The notes beneath the pieces were generated by a model. The model was not told the DNA's origin, searched no databases, and worked only from the letters and a program-made list of their open reading frames with translations. A stretch of 63,504 nucleotides of DNA, filler included, from Reclinomonas americana ATCC 50394 (lineage: Eukaryota): assembly GCA_048213135.1 (NCBI GenBank). It is 31 parts of 31 records of this genome, joined end to end, with 100 filler letters (N's around TTAATTAATTAA, not from the genome) between each part and the next. Parts side by side here need not be neighbours in the genome. Positions count along the whole stretch, not along the records: positions 37,147 to 39,094 come from AFZH01025107.1; positions 39,195 to 41,140 come from AFZH01025108.1; positions 41,241 to 43,182 come from AFZH01025109.1; positions 43,283 to 45,226 come from AFZH01025110.1; positions 45,327 to 47,267 come from AFZH01025111.1; positions 47,368 to 49,304 come from AFZH01025112.1; 25 more parts are not named here. One strand, written 5' to 3'. The stretch's first letter is position 1. Every line of letters begins with the position of its first letter. The position numbers and the translations under genes are program-made. This document shows positions 37,147 through 49,404 of this stretch, piece by piece.

Positions 37147-37300
37147 CCAATCGTTGAGCGAGGCCATGTCGGGCATTGCCGGCCTGACGCAGTCGATGCC
37201 GTCGCACGATCGGCATGGGCGGCGGAGTAGCAGCAGCGCGGAGCGGCGGCGGAGTAAGAAAGGACGATCTGTGGTCTCCCCAGATGCCCTGCTTCGTTGC

Positions 37301-37338
<38 letters not shown>

Positions 37339-39014
37339 AAGAATGATGGCAAGCCAGCTCACACACAGATAAATGCACAGAGGCGGCGGAGCTCTTGCAA
37401 AAGTCGATGCGTGGCGAGGACATTCAGCAAAAGCTGGCCGCCGCACAGCAGGCGAATCAGCAGCGAGCACGCACCGATGCGCAGCAGGCGGTACAGCAGC
37501 GAATGGCCAGCTCGCCGACCAAACCACGCGCCGTGGCGCAGCCGCATGTCAATGTGCGCAAGCGAGTGGAGGAGCGCATGACGGATCTGCTGAGTGCCTC
37601 CTCGCATGTGGTGGAGGACTTTTTCAAGCGTGTCGACACGATGCAGAAGCAGTGGCGGGTGGAGCGGCGCTCCAGATCCAACTCGCCGACTCGCCGCGGC
37701 ACAGCAGTGGCCACTCCGGAGCGACCAAAGACCCCGGAGCAGCGCGCCGACGAGAATCTCGACCGCTTGCGGCGGCATCAGGAGGAGCATGCTCGGCGAC
37801 AGGCCGATGTGCTTGCCAAACGGCAGGCAGCTGTGGAGCGCACGGCGTTGCGCTCGGCCCAGGCCACGCGCCACCGGCAAGTGGTCGACTACATGAAGCA
37901 GCACCGACCGCAGGTACGCACGTGGCTGATGCTGTCGGTGCTGTTTGGCCAGCTGGAGACCTGGTCGAAGACGTTGGAGGAGGATCGACAGCGGCGGGCG
38001 ACATGGGCACGCGAGGACCGTGCCGCCAAGGTGCTGCAGCGCAAGCTGTTTTTCCGCTGGAAGATCACGCGGAGGGTGGAGACGCGACATGCCCGCAAGG
38101 TGCTGGCGCGCAACATTTGGCTGTGCACGCTGAACCACCGCATCCGCCGGCGACGACGAGCCACACTTTTGATTCGCGCGTTCCTGGAGAACTTGGACCA
38201 CGTTCGCAAGTTCATTCTCGCCGCCACGCGCTACTTTCTCGACTCGCGACAAGCCGAGTATGCCGAGGCACTCGGCGCGCATGCCCAGTCCGCCTCCATT
38301 GCCGCCGGCGTACGACGCGTCAATGGCTGCATGAAGATATTACACAAGGTGTGTTGCTCGGTACAGTGGTGTGCATGAGCGCACGCGCGGTTGCTGACTG
38401 ATTTACCTCACAGCTGCATGCCGGTGCTCATGTCGACTCGCGACGGTCATGGCTCGACGACTCGCTCCTCCCTCTGCCCGCCCTCATGCACAGCATTGGG
38501 CTCGACGAAGTCGGTCTGGCCACGCTGGAGGGAGCCATTGGTGACTCGCTCCCTCCACTGCGCTTTGTCGAAGAGTTGAGCGCGCACCTGCCTTCTTCTT
38601 CTTCTCCTCCTTTTCTTCACCCGTCCTCACTGCCATGCACACAGAGACGACGTGCTGTCGGCAGTGCATGAGTTGGCGTTGGGGAGGAAGCATACGTACG
38701 CCGAACAGCGACGGGCGTGGGAGCGGCGGCGCGAGGAACTCATTCGCGAGGAGGCAGCGCGGCTGGTGGCCGAGCGACGACGCGACAGCGTCATGCAGAG
38801 TCTCCGTCGTGGCAGCCAGCCGGCGCAGCACGCCGTTCTGCTGGACGAGAGTGAGGCGTGCGAGGCACTGCGTAAGAGTGGCGCCGTGGACTACAAGCTG
38901 GGCGATCCGCCAGCGGACCCGCGTCGTATCTTTGACTGGACCGAGTGTGGACAGGTGATTCTGATGGCTGCCAAGCGAGCCAAGTCACGCCTCGTGCCCG
39001 AGCTTGCCGTATAA
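37147..39014 (+). CDS. Hypothetical basic, helical (IQ-like) protein, 3' part
   Basis: 327-aa exon with AAKVLQRKL and ATLLIRAFL motifs; terminal exon stops at 39014. Confidence 0.55.
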
Positions 39015-39234
39015 TTGCACGCCCCTCATTTCTTTTTTCAATGCCTGGCCTAATATTAATGAAACAATGAAACTAGCCTTCCTTCCCCCACACCNNNNNN
39101 NNNNNNNNNNNNNNNNNNNNNNNNNNNNNNNNNNNNNNTTAATTAATTAANNNNNNNNNNNNNNNNNNNNNNNNNNNNNNNNNNNNNNNNNNNNACAGAA
39201 ATTGAGCGCCACCTAACCGAGGGAAGCTGCACCT

Positions 39235-40628
39235 TCATTGCTCGGCTGCAGCTGGCGGCAGTGCTACTGCGCATACCTCGGCGTCATCGGTGGTGGGGAC
39301 CACAATAAACTTGCCCAACACGAGTCGCTCTGTTGGATCGGCAACCATCAACGCGACTTGCAAAACCAGCAAGTCCTCGGCGCCGAGCTGTAATGGTGGC
39401 TCGTCGGGCTGGAACGTCTGCACGCAAGCAGTGAGAAGAGGAGAGCACGGGCTGGCGTTCGTCGCAGAAAAGCACTCACTGTGCCGGTGGGGTACTCGAC
39501 TCCCGACTGTCGCGTCATCTGCGCAGAGGCCGACGTGTCAGCAGACTGGGGCAACTGGCGAATGTCGCAGCGGCAGTACACCACGGACCTCGATGTGGCA
39601 GCCGAGAATGCAGGAGACGGTGCGGTCGGGCGACATGCAAAAGTCCACGAGTCGGTCAATGCTGCTCACAAAGGCCGCGTGATCGCGCACGTACAGCCGC
39701 CCTGCCAGCGAGCAAGTGAGTGCACAAGGCAAGAGGCGTGCAACTCACCCCTTTGGGTCATCACCTGGATACACCTGTGGGCCAAACAAAAGCGAGAGGT
39801 GAGAAGAAGCAGACGAGCGAGATCTCAGTGACAAGGGAGCACAGACCACATCGCCGGTGAGCAGGATGCCAGTGCGCTCGTCAAACACAGCCACGTGCGA
39901 TGGCTCGTGACCCGGAATTCCAAACAGCGTCAGCCGACGGCCACGTGCACCGCTGTCGTCGTCTGCATCCAGCCGCCAGTCGACGCACTCGTCGGGCCAC
40001 AAGTCGTCGTCGAGACCGAAAAACGCGCACACCTCCGGCACAGAGTGGCCGACCAGCACCACACTGGCCCAGCCGCTGCTCCGCAGGTAGTCCTCCGTCA
40101 GGAACTGCACGTCGCCCTGTGCAACACTTTCAGTGCGCGCAGCGATCTTCTTGTCACGCGCGCTGCGAGCGACGAAACCTGCACATGATCGTCGTGCCCG
40201 TGCGTGTGTGCCACCACCAGATGCATCGCCACAGCCTCGCCCCCGCCCACACGCTCTGCTCTCTCGTCGCGTATGCGTGTCACAGTGTCGGCAAGTGGCA
40301 ACACACTCGCATCACTGATCGGTCCCTGCATGCATGCAAGACGATCGTCAGACTTTGTTGTGTGTTGCGGATCCAGAGGAGATCACTGGCGCACCGTATC
40401 GAACAGGATCGCACGGCGTGCACCAAAGAAGAGATAGAGGAAGTTTCCCTTGAGACAGGAGAGTGAGTTGTCATTGCAGAGGTCGCTATGCTGCTTATGT
40501 TGTACCTCGTAATGCAGTCGTTTGGAGACGCGCAGAATGTACGTGTCAGCGTCGACACTGTGCACCTGCAGCGGAGGCTCGTCCGGTGCGCCGTGCACCC
40601 ACTGCTGTGGCATGCTCACTGCGGCCAT
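39235..40628 (-). CDS. Metallo-beta-lactamase-fold hydrolase, apparently complete, multi-exon
   Basis: AILFDT, HTHGHDDH, IPGHEPSH, LLTGD and LGCHIE metal-ligand motifs. Confidence 0.88.
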
Positions 40629-43123
40629 TGTGTGTTCTTTTTCGTCACGGACGACGGAATGGAGGGACATGGAACGCGAAATGCAAGAGAAAAACATCCG
40701 ATGTATAAGAGCCACGTAAACAGATAGTCAGACATATATGGAGAGAAAAGAGAGGGAGAGACAAAGAGAGAGAGCAAAGGAAGACACCCAAAACCTCGCA
40801 CAACTGGCGCACCGACGTCTTCACGGCCGCCACCAGTGTGCGCATTCTCTCGCACTAGCACAACGCGAGATACGCACCAACGAGGGGCGAAAAACCACAC
40901 ACCAAACACACACCGCAGACACTAAAGGACAAGAGAAACCGAGACAGGTGGCGACAGAATGATACATAAGGGAAGGGGGAAAAACACACACACTTATGAG
41001 GCGGGGAAACGATGGCTGCGCGGAACCTCGAGCAAAGTCCTATCGTGGTGGAAGCGAGGCACGGCAACAACAACAAGCAAAGGACAACAACAACAACAAC
41101 AACAACAGCGACAGCGACAGAGAGCGGACTTGCACAACAANNNNNNNNNNNNNNNNNNNNNNNNNNNNNNNNNNNNNNNNNNNNTTAATTAATTAANNNN
41201 NNNNNNNNNNNNNNNNNNNNNNNNNNNNNNNNNNNNNNNNGAGAGAGAGAGAGAGAAGAGGGAGACAGACGCCAGCGCCAGCGCACGGCAGATCTAGAGA
41301 CACTCCCCGGGAACACTCAGAAGAAAAAACTTGAAGATATAGTGGCACTACATCGATATATCATTCGCCGACAGTGACACCAAGAGTGCGAGGCGTTGAT
41401 CGAGGAAAGGAGAGCGTGAAGTCGAATGAGAGAGAGTGTGCACGTGGGTGAGTGTGAGAAGAGTGGAAAAAGTGAGAGTGAGACAGCATGGATAAGAGAG
41501 AGAAGGGGGCAAAGACCCACGGACAGGGTTTCGCCCAGCTGCAGCTGCCCGTCAACGGCCAACTCACCACGGTGGTGCAAAAAAATGAACTGCCTTGCAC
41601 ATCGACGACTCGCCTTTTATTGTCTACTTTCGACGACCGGGGTTTTCCATTTTAGGCATATCGCCGGATGGCAGTCAGTGGCGAACAAAACCTCATGTTC
41701 TCTTGTCACTCGTTGATGCAGGGACGCACTCACGCAGATCAGAATGTTCACGGAGACAAGGCGTACCTGGTGAGTGTGTGAGTGAGTTGTGCGCTTGCAT
41801 CAGAATCGCTGCAGGGGCACCCGGAGGGGCACCTGAAGGGGATGGCCAAAGCGCCGCTTTCCTTACGGAGCGTGGCTGGAGTTCGGCTGCCGGATGGAGT
41901 GTTGCTGCTGGCGGCCACCCCGGACACGCGGCCACGCGGCCCGAAACCCCGGCTGGCGAATCTCACGTTGTGTTCGAACTTCACTCTCACTTTGCACGAC
42001 AATGGCTGTGTGCCTCAGTGCAAGGGTACCATCACCATTCTCTCCTCTGCCAGACCTTGCTGTTGAGAGTCTTTTGGTTTGTTTTTGAGTGATTTGATTT
42101 TGTGTGCACTGAATGTGAGATTCTGAGTGAGCGACGCAAAAACCAAGCGCACACAACTTCCACTGACACACGCACGCGCATGGTGACTACGTTTTGGAGA
42201 GCGTAAGCAGGCGCTTCTGACAACACTGCGCGTGTCGCGCGATGGGCAGTGTGAGCGTCATCGATACTCCGACCCCCCACTGTCGGTATTAGCCTTTCTG
42301 GGAGATGCGAATAGTCCCACAGTCGCTCTTTGTCTCGCTCCCTCTCATCTTCGTGCACACACAATCGCCTCTTGTCATCATCCTTCTTCGTTCGGCAAAG
42401 AAAACTCAACGATATCACGATGTGCAGCGCAAACGTTCTTTGACGAGGAAGGCAATCAATTTGAAGTCATGAATATCTCATACATTTATTCTTTCTTCTC
42501 GCGGTGAGTTGGCCACGTGCACAAGATGTGGGTGTGACTATGAACGACACCGCAAATGTGGCGAGAGTGGCAGAGTGCAGAGGGAGAGGAGAGCACTGTC
42601 GCAGTCACTCTCTCCGAATATGCACTTCGCAACGCGTGTGTGTTCGACTTCACCTGCACGCCACTGCCCACCACACACTCTGTTTTCTCTGCACCCCCAC
42701 ATACCTTGTACAATTGTGCAGTCGAGCGCTGCACTCAGTGTTGTGTTGCACTCTGTGTCAGCATCATTGATCTCTCGGAAACCGGGCACCCATCGCTGTG
42801 CACATGCCCTTGTGCCCTCACACGCACTCACTCTGTCGCTGTTGCTCGTGCGCGTGATCACACGAGCCAGCGTGTGTGAGTGAGTGAGTCTGTTTTCCGA
42901 ATCCGTCTCTCCAACTCTCACTCACATGTACACACGCGTACGCATTCCACACTTCTCTCTTTGTATGCCGCACCTCTGCTGCAGTTGCTCCTTGCTTGAC
43001 GACGTCTCATCGCATTCAGAGACTGAGAAGGTTGCCTCTTCTTCTTCTTCTCAGCGTGTGCGCATGCAGTTTGTTCGCGATCGCACTTTGCGTGCACTGA
43101 TAAGCGCGCGGCGCTGGTGTTCT

Positions 43124-43182
<59 letters not shown>

Positions 43183-43628
43183 NNNNNNNNNNNNNNNNNN
43201 NNNNNNNNNNNNNNNNNNNNNNNNNNTTAATTAATTAANNNNNNNNNNNNNNNNNNNNNNNNNNNNNNNNNNNNNNNNNNNNTCTCTACTCCTCCTCCTC
43301 CCTCTCCTTCCCTCTCCTTCCCTCTCCTTCCCTCTCCTCCCTCTCTTCCCCCTCTCCCTTCCCTCTCCTTCCCCTCTCCTTCCCCTCTCCTTCCCCTCTC
43401 CCTTCCCCTCTCCTTCCCCCTCTCCCTTCCTCCTCTCCCTTGCCCCTCTCCCTTCCTCCACTCCATTCTCCCTTTTTCCATTCTCCTTCTCCATTTCCTC
43501 TTCATTCCCCTCTCCTTCCTCTCCTTCTCCTCACTCTCTGTCTCCTTCTCCCCACTCTCTCATCCTCTCCCTCCCTTCCCCATTCACTCACCTCCCTTCC
43601 CCCTTCTCCCCTTCCCCCTTTTCCACAG

Positions 43629-44982
43629 CTTCGCCGTCGTGGAAGCCGGCCTGAACACCACGTGGGAGGAGCTGCAGGAGTCGATCCGCCGCAACGAGAG
43701 CGAGGTCGCCCCGTCGCAGCTGTTTGCCGTGGCCGCCATCCTCGAGCACTGCTCGTACATTAACGGCTCGCCGCAAAACACCTTTGTGCCGGGTGTCGTG
43801 GATCTGGCCGAGCGGGAGGGCGTGTACATTGGTGGTGACGACTTCAAGAGCGGCCAGACCAAGATGAAGAGCGTGTTGGTCGACTTCCTCGTCGGCGCTG
43901 GTCTGAAGCCGGAGAGCATTGTGAGGTGAGTGCGGGAGGTGAAGAGAGGGAGAGAGAAGAGAGGAGGGAAGAGCGAGAGAAGGGATATTGAAAAGAAAAA
44001 GAGACAGTCAACAACAGAGGAAGAAAGCATGGGAGATGGCGAAGGAGGGCGATGTGAAGGCACTGCGCGAGTTGGTGGCGCGCGAGGGTGCACAGACACT
44101 GTTGAAGAGAGAGGAGGTGCATTACGGCTGCTCGGCATTTTACTATGCCGCTCTCGGCGGGCAACTCGGGACTTCTCTTCTTCTCCCCTCCCCCCTTTCC
44201 CCTCTCCCCCCTCCCCCCTCTCCCCTTCCCCTCATATCCCCTCACCACCCTTCCCCTATGCGCAGCTACAACCACCTGGGCAACAACGACGGCATGAACC
44301 TGTCGGCCCCGGCGCAGTTCCGCTCCAAGGAAATCTCGAAGAGCAACGTCGTCGACGACATGGTGGCGTCGAACCACATTCTGTACGAGAAGGGCGAGCA
44401 CCCCGACCACGTTGTCGTCATCAAGTACGTGCCGCACGTGGGCGACTCGAAGCGCGCCATGGACGAGTACACGTCGACGATCTTTATGAACGGCCAGAAC
44501 ACGATTGTGATGCACAACACGTGCGAGGACTCGCTGCTGGCGGCGCCGCTCATCCTCGACCTGATCATCCTCACGGAGCTGTTTGAGCGCGTGACGTGGA
44601 AGACTGGTTTGTTTGGAGAAGAAAGATGATTGATTGAGACATGATATCAATTCTCACGTTCTCCTTCCCTCTCGTTGCAGAGGCCGTGGAGGAGTACCAG
44701 AGCTTCCACCCGGTGCTGGCATTGCTGTCGTACCTGTGCAAGGCACCGATGGTGCCGCCTGGCACGCCGGTGGTCAATGCGCTGGCCAAGCAGCGCGCGG
44801 CCATTGAGAATGTGATGCGCGCGTGCCTGGGTCTGCAGCCGGAGAACTGCATGCTGCTGGAGCACAAGGCGATTCCGCGGTCACTGTGGGGCCAGTGGAA
44901 GAAGTTGGCCGAGTACGAGGAGGACGAGGTGGCGGCGGGCGCGTCGGGCTCGTCGGCGTCGGTGGTGGCTGCGCCGCTGTAA
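43629..44982 (+). CDS. INO1: Inositol-3-phosphate synthase, 3' part (introns 43926-44265 and about 44607-44680)
   Basis: [60 protein letters not shown]. Confidence 0.97.
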
Positions 44983-45625
44983 AAAAAAACCAAACAAGAG
45001 CGAAATGGTGCGGTTGTTGCCACACGGCGAATGGTCGTCGTCGTCGGTTGTTTAGTCGTGTTTTCTGTATTTTCCCCTTCTCTCCTCCTCTAAGTGTGCG
45101 AGTGTGCGTTGTTGTTATTTGTTTGTTGATGGATTGGTGGGGAAAGGGGAGGTGATTGCATGGTGCGCTGCGGCACCACGGCATTGCTCACTTTTCCTTT
45201 TTTTCCCCGCTGGTCTGGTTTTTTTTNNNNNNNNNNNNNNNNNNNNNNNNNNNNNNNNNNNNNNNNNNNNTTAATTAATTAANNNNNNNNNNNNNNNNNN
45301 NNNNNNNNNNNNNNNNNNNNNNNNNNTCTCCACGCGCTCTCCACTCGTCCCCGACAGTGTCGTTTCCGCAGTTAGTGGATCAGCAAGCAGACTCGTCTCT
45401 CATGGTCAGAGATCCTCATCTCCTCCCACCTCATCAATCCGCTCCCACTCTCCTTCTGCACTCGCAGCAGCAGCAGTCAGTGAGCACACAGACACAACAG
45501 TTGTCTCCCCGAGATTCTCATCTCCACTCAACTTCATCACTCGCGACGGTGCCTCCACCGCCGCCTCTCGTGCCTTCTCCCCTTCTGCTCACATACTAAA
45601 CAGTAACTATCACAAGTGTATCGCG

Positions 45626-45661
<36 letters not shown>

Positions 45662-45683
45662 CAGCGATCCTCTGCTGGTCTGA

Positions 45684-47267
45684 TTGACCCGGACCCGGCA
45701 TAGCTTGGAACGACTGGCTTCGGCCTTTTCCGGTATACGATCGCAAAATTCGAAAACACTGATGGTACCGGTGATCATCATGCACCGGGGCTGGCTTGTC
45801 AATGGTGATCATCATGCAGCTGCTGCTGTTTGGATTAGTAAAGTTGTTGTTGTTGTTGCAGCAGCGTTCAAGACAATGGTTAACATTCGTCTGGGCGAGT
45901 TGCCGACAGCTACCAGGCTTGGGCAGTTCTATCGACAATTCGTCAACAACACGAAGTGTCGACTGTGTGGTGCGACAGCGGAGAGCAACCTTCATGTTCT
46001 TCACTCTTGCCCTGCACAAGAACACGGTCTCGGCAATGGTGCTAATGCTCCATTTTGCGTCAGCAACATGGATTTTGCGAGTCTGAAGTACTCGCTCATT
46101 GTCATTCGCTTTTCAGCCTCGTTTTGTTTGTGTTCTTGTGAGAACCCCTCCCTTCCCGCCCTCTCGTTCTTCGTACCAGTGCAGCCTCGTTTTGTTTGTC
46201 GAGAGGCATGCTTCTCGTCGAGCTGGCTCATCGCTCGCCTGCTTCGCCTTCAACCCGCTTCGGTCCACTCCAACACCTTCGATTCCGGCAACAACATTCC
46301 GACCGGTCAACATCGCCCGTGCGGCCACCGGCCGCCCCACTGCATTCGTGCTACGGCACTTCCCGCTTCGCACCAACTCGAGTCAGGTGCCTTCAACTAC
46401 GCCTTGGTCCCTGGCCTTCCACTCCTTTGGCCTTATCCTGGACCCTCCGCTTTACGGACAATTCGCCGAGTGGTTACTTTTTGTAACGCCGCCTATGACG
46501 ACGTCAACTACGATTTCCGCAACAACACTTCCGACGACGACTGCCCGGGCATCGTCTTCCAACGTGATCTCAACTACGACAACGCTCTTCGACCACTCTC
46601 CGATTCCGCCTGCCTTACCAGAGGTTTCTAAATTAGAGTTCCAATCTGTATGGAGTTGATTATTTAGATCTGGAGGCCGTGTGTCCTGAATAGGGCTTTA
46701 TTCTCAACATCGACAACACACTTAAAACAGTTTTAGTTGTAGAAGGAAAGCACACGAGACTTGTTGGCGATCACTGGTGGATGCTCATTGTTGTGTATGG
46801 ATCAGTGAAGTTTCTATTATTATTATGGAGTCTCACAAGACACACGAGCTTACGAGTGAAATCCTTATCTTTCTGGTACGAAAGAACGAGCAAATGGCGA
46901 GGGTGGCATGCCAATGAATGCACCGGCGGTCCTGGCTGGAATCCCTGCGGACAAACGGTACACCAAGAGGCACGACGAGCTTTTGCGAATACTGGAACAA
47001 GAAATCAAGAACAACCAGGTTGCGAATGGCGTCAACGACATGTTGATCGACTCCGTCGTCCCTCAAGACTGGCTACCGTTTGGGTCCGGGTATGCCCAAC
47101 TGCGTCCGGATATTGTCGGAATGCTGCGCCGTGACGGGCATCCAGATGTCATCTTCATGGCCGACGTTACTGTGGCGTATGCCGCTGACGGACGTCTACA
47201 CAGGATGACAGGAATAGCTCGCTGGAGACGGCTGCTGAGAAGAAAACGGAGAAGTATCGCGATCTGA
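45684..47267 (+). mobile_element. Decayed RLE-type (R2-group) non-LTR retrotransposon C-terminus, interrupted
   Basis: IRLGELPT..CRLC..ESNLHVLHSC (CCHC knuckle), then in the same frame RHD..LRPDIV..ADVTV (restriction-like endonuclease). No RT domain on the contig. Confidence 0.8.
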
Positions 47268-47769
47268 NNNNNNNNNNNNNNNNNNNNNNNNNNNNNNNNN
47301 NNNNNNNNNNNTTAATTAATTAANNNNNNNNNNNNNNNNNNNNNNNNNNNNNNNNNNNNNNNNNNNNATTCTGCTCCTCTCTCTCCTCTCTCCTCCTCCC
47401 TCCCTCCCCTCCTCTCTCTCACTCTCTCTCTCTCCCTCCTCTCTCTCTCTCTTATCTCGGAACATCACGCAACCGCAGAATGATGAGCGTCCCAAAGCAA
47501 TACGCCAGCTGCTCTCCCGCCACATCACACGCAATGCCAGAGGGGAAGCCGCGCTCTGTCTTCGGATGCGGGCAATAACGGTGAACTTTGAAGAGTGACA
47601 AGAGAGAGAGTGCGTGAGATGTTCGTCCAACCATGGCCCCCTCCCCCATTGATGAACAGTGGGAAAGAATGGCAAGTTGAGCTGCACGTGCGCAGACTCA
47701 CCGATTGACATTGTGCTGGTGTTGTTGTCTGCAACAAGTGAGTGAGCGTGTGATTTGCGCGTGGACAAA

Positions 47770-48510
47770 TGGCATTGTCCATTGTGCTCACATTGATTGT
47801 CCGTGCGGAGAAAAACGCGAGAATGGGCAATCGGCTGGCAGAGCGCGTGAGTTGCCTTGTTGCTTGGTTGGCGTCTGCCGTGCAGACAGCAAGCAGATTC
47901 GCCGTTGCCTGAACGCAGCGAGAGAAAACGTGCATTGTCCCCATGATTGTCCCGATGGCGTGTGAGGCCGGCTTGTTGCGCGTGTGGGTTGCATTCTCGC
48001 GTGGCCATCATCCTCCGCACAAATAGCAAGCTGCCCCATGTAGTTCCACCAGCGCCTGCAAGCAACGAGAGAAAGGCGCATTGTCCGCATGATTGTCCCG
48101 ATGGTGCACGAGGCCGGCTGGTTGCGCGTGTGAACCGCTACTTCGCGTGGCCATCGTTCTTCGCTCAGACGACAAGTTGCTCCATGTAGTTCTACCAGCG
48201 CCTGCAAGCAACGAGAGAAAAGCGCATTGTCCGCATGATTGTCCCGATGGTGCATGAGGCCGGCTTGTTGCGTGTGTGAGCTGCATCCACGCGTGCGCCT
48301 CGTCCTTTGTACAGACAGCAAGCTGCTCCAAGCATCGCAGATGCAAGAACATGCAAAGCGCACTGTCCATTCAATTGTCCTTCTTGCAAGAACGCCGTCG
48401 GGAAGAGGAACGCACTTGCTGCATGCACGTACATACCACACTCACCCGCCCATGAGCATCGCCACCAGCAACACAAGCTTTCCCGCAGCAGCGCAAACTT
48501 GCATTGTCCC
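47770..48510. repeat. About 146-bp tandem repeat: three well-conserved copies plus degenerate ones
   Basis: GCATTGTCC anchor at 47932, 48078 and 48224; weaker copies at 47772, 48360 and 48501. Confidence 0.85.
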
Positions 48511-48868
48511 TAGTGCTCACTGATTGTCCCTCTCTCTCACACAAACACACACACACACACTTCGCCCAAGAGCAATGCTTGCCGCACGTGTGAACCGCTT
48601 CGTCGCCTCGTCGACCACGCTGACTGCAAGTTGCGTCTTCTCCAGTCTCACTCTCCGAGTTGCTCTTTGTGAGTTGTGCATGTGCATGGACATCACTGAC
48701 ACACACTCTCTCTCTCACTTTGTGCAGGAATGCTGACTGCTCCGCTGCGCATGATGATGATGAGCACTGATGCAGTGGCGGTGGAGGAGTCGCCTGTGGT
48801 GGAGAGATCGGAGAGTGAGAGGAATGCTGGTGAGATTTTCGCATAATGTGCGGGGGACAGAGAGGGAA

Positions 48869-48915
<47 letters not shown>

Positions 48916-49234
48916 AGACGCGCATAGAGGCACACACACACAGGCACACGTGCAGAAGAGAGGGGTGAGAGAATGACAGACAGAAAGCGCACACAAAGGC
49001 ACACGTTCACACATGCACAGAGAGAGGGAGGTGAGAGTAAGAGTGCGAAGAGAGAGTGAAAAGTGAGCATCGTATGTGAATGAGAAAAGAGATGCATGCA
49101 AAGGAAGACACACATGCAGAGAAGAGTGCGAAGAAAGAGCAGCATGGGATAGATGCGCACAAGAAAGACACATATAGAGGGGAAGAGTGCGATGGGAAAG
49201 TGAAAAGAGAGCAACTTGTGTAACAGAGAGAAAA

Positions 49235-49298
<64 letters not shown>

Positions 49299-49404
49299 GA
49301 CGAANNNNNNNNNNNNNNNNNNNNNNNNNNNNNNNNNNNNNNNNNNNNTTAATTAATTAANNNNNNNNNNNNNNNNNNNNNNNNNNNNNNNNNNNNNNNN
49401 NNNN

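Noticed and set aside
41825..41950. Possible hammerhead ribozyme (CTGAAGG...CGAAAC)
   Set aside because: The core deviates from CUGANGA and I could not build stems I-III; the contig remains unexplained.
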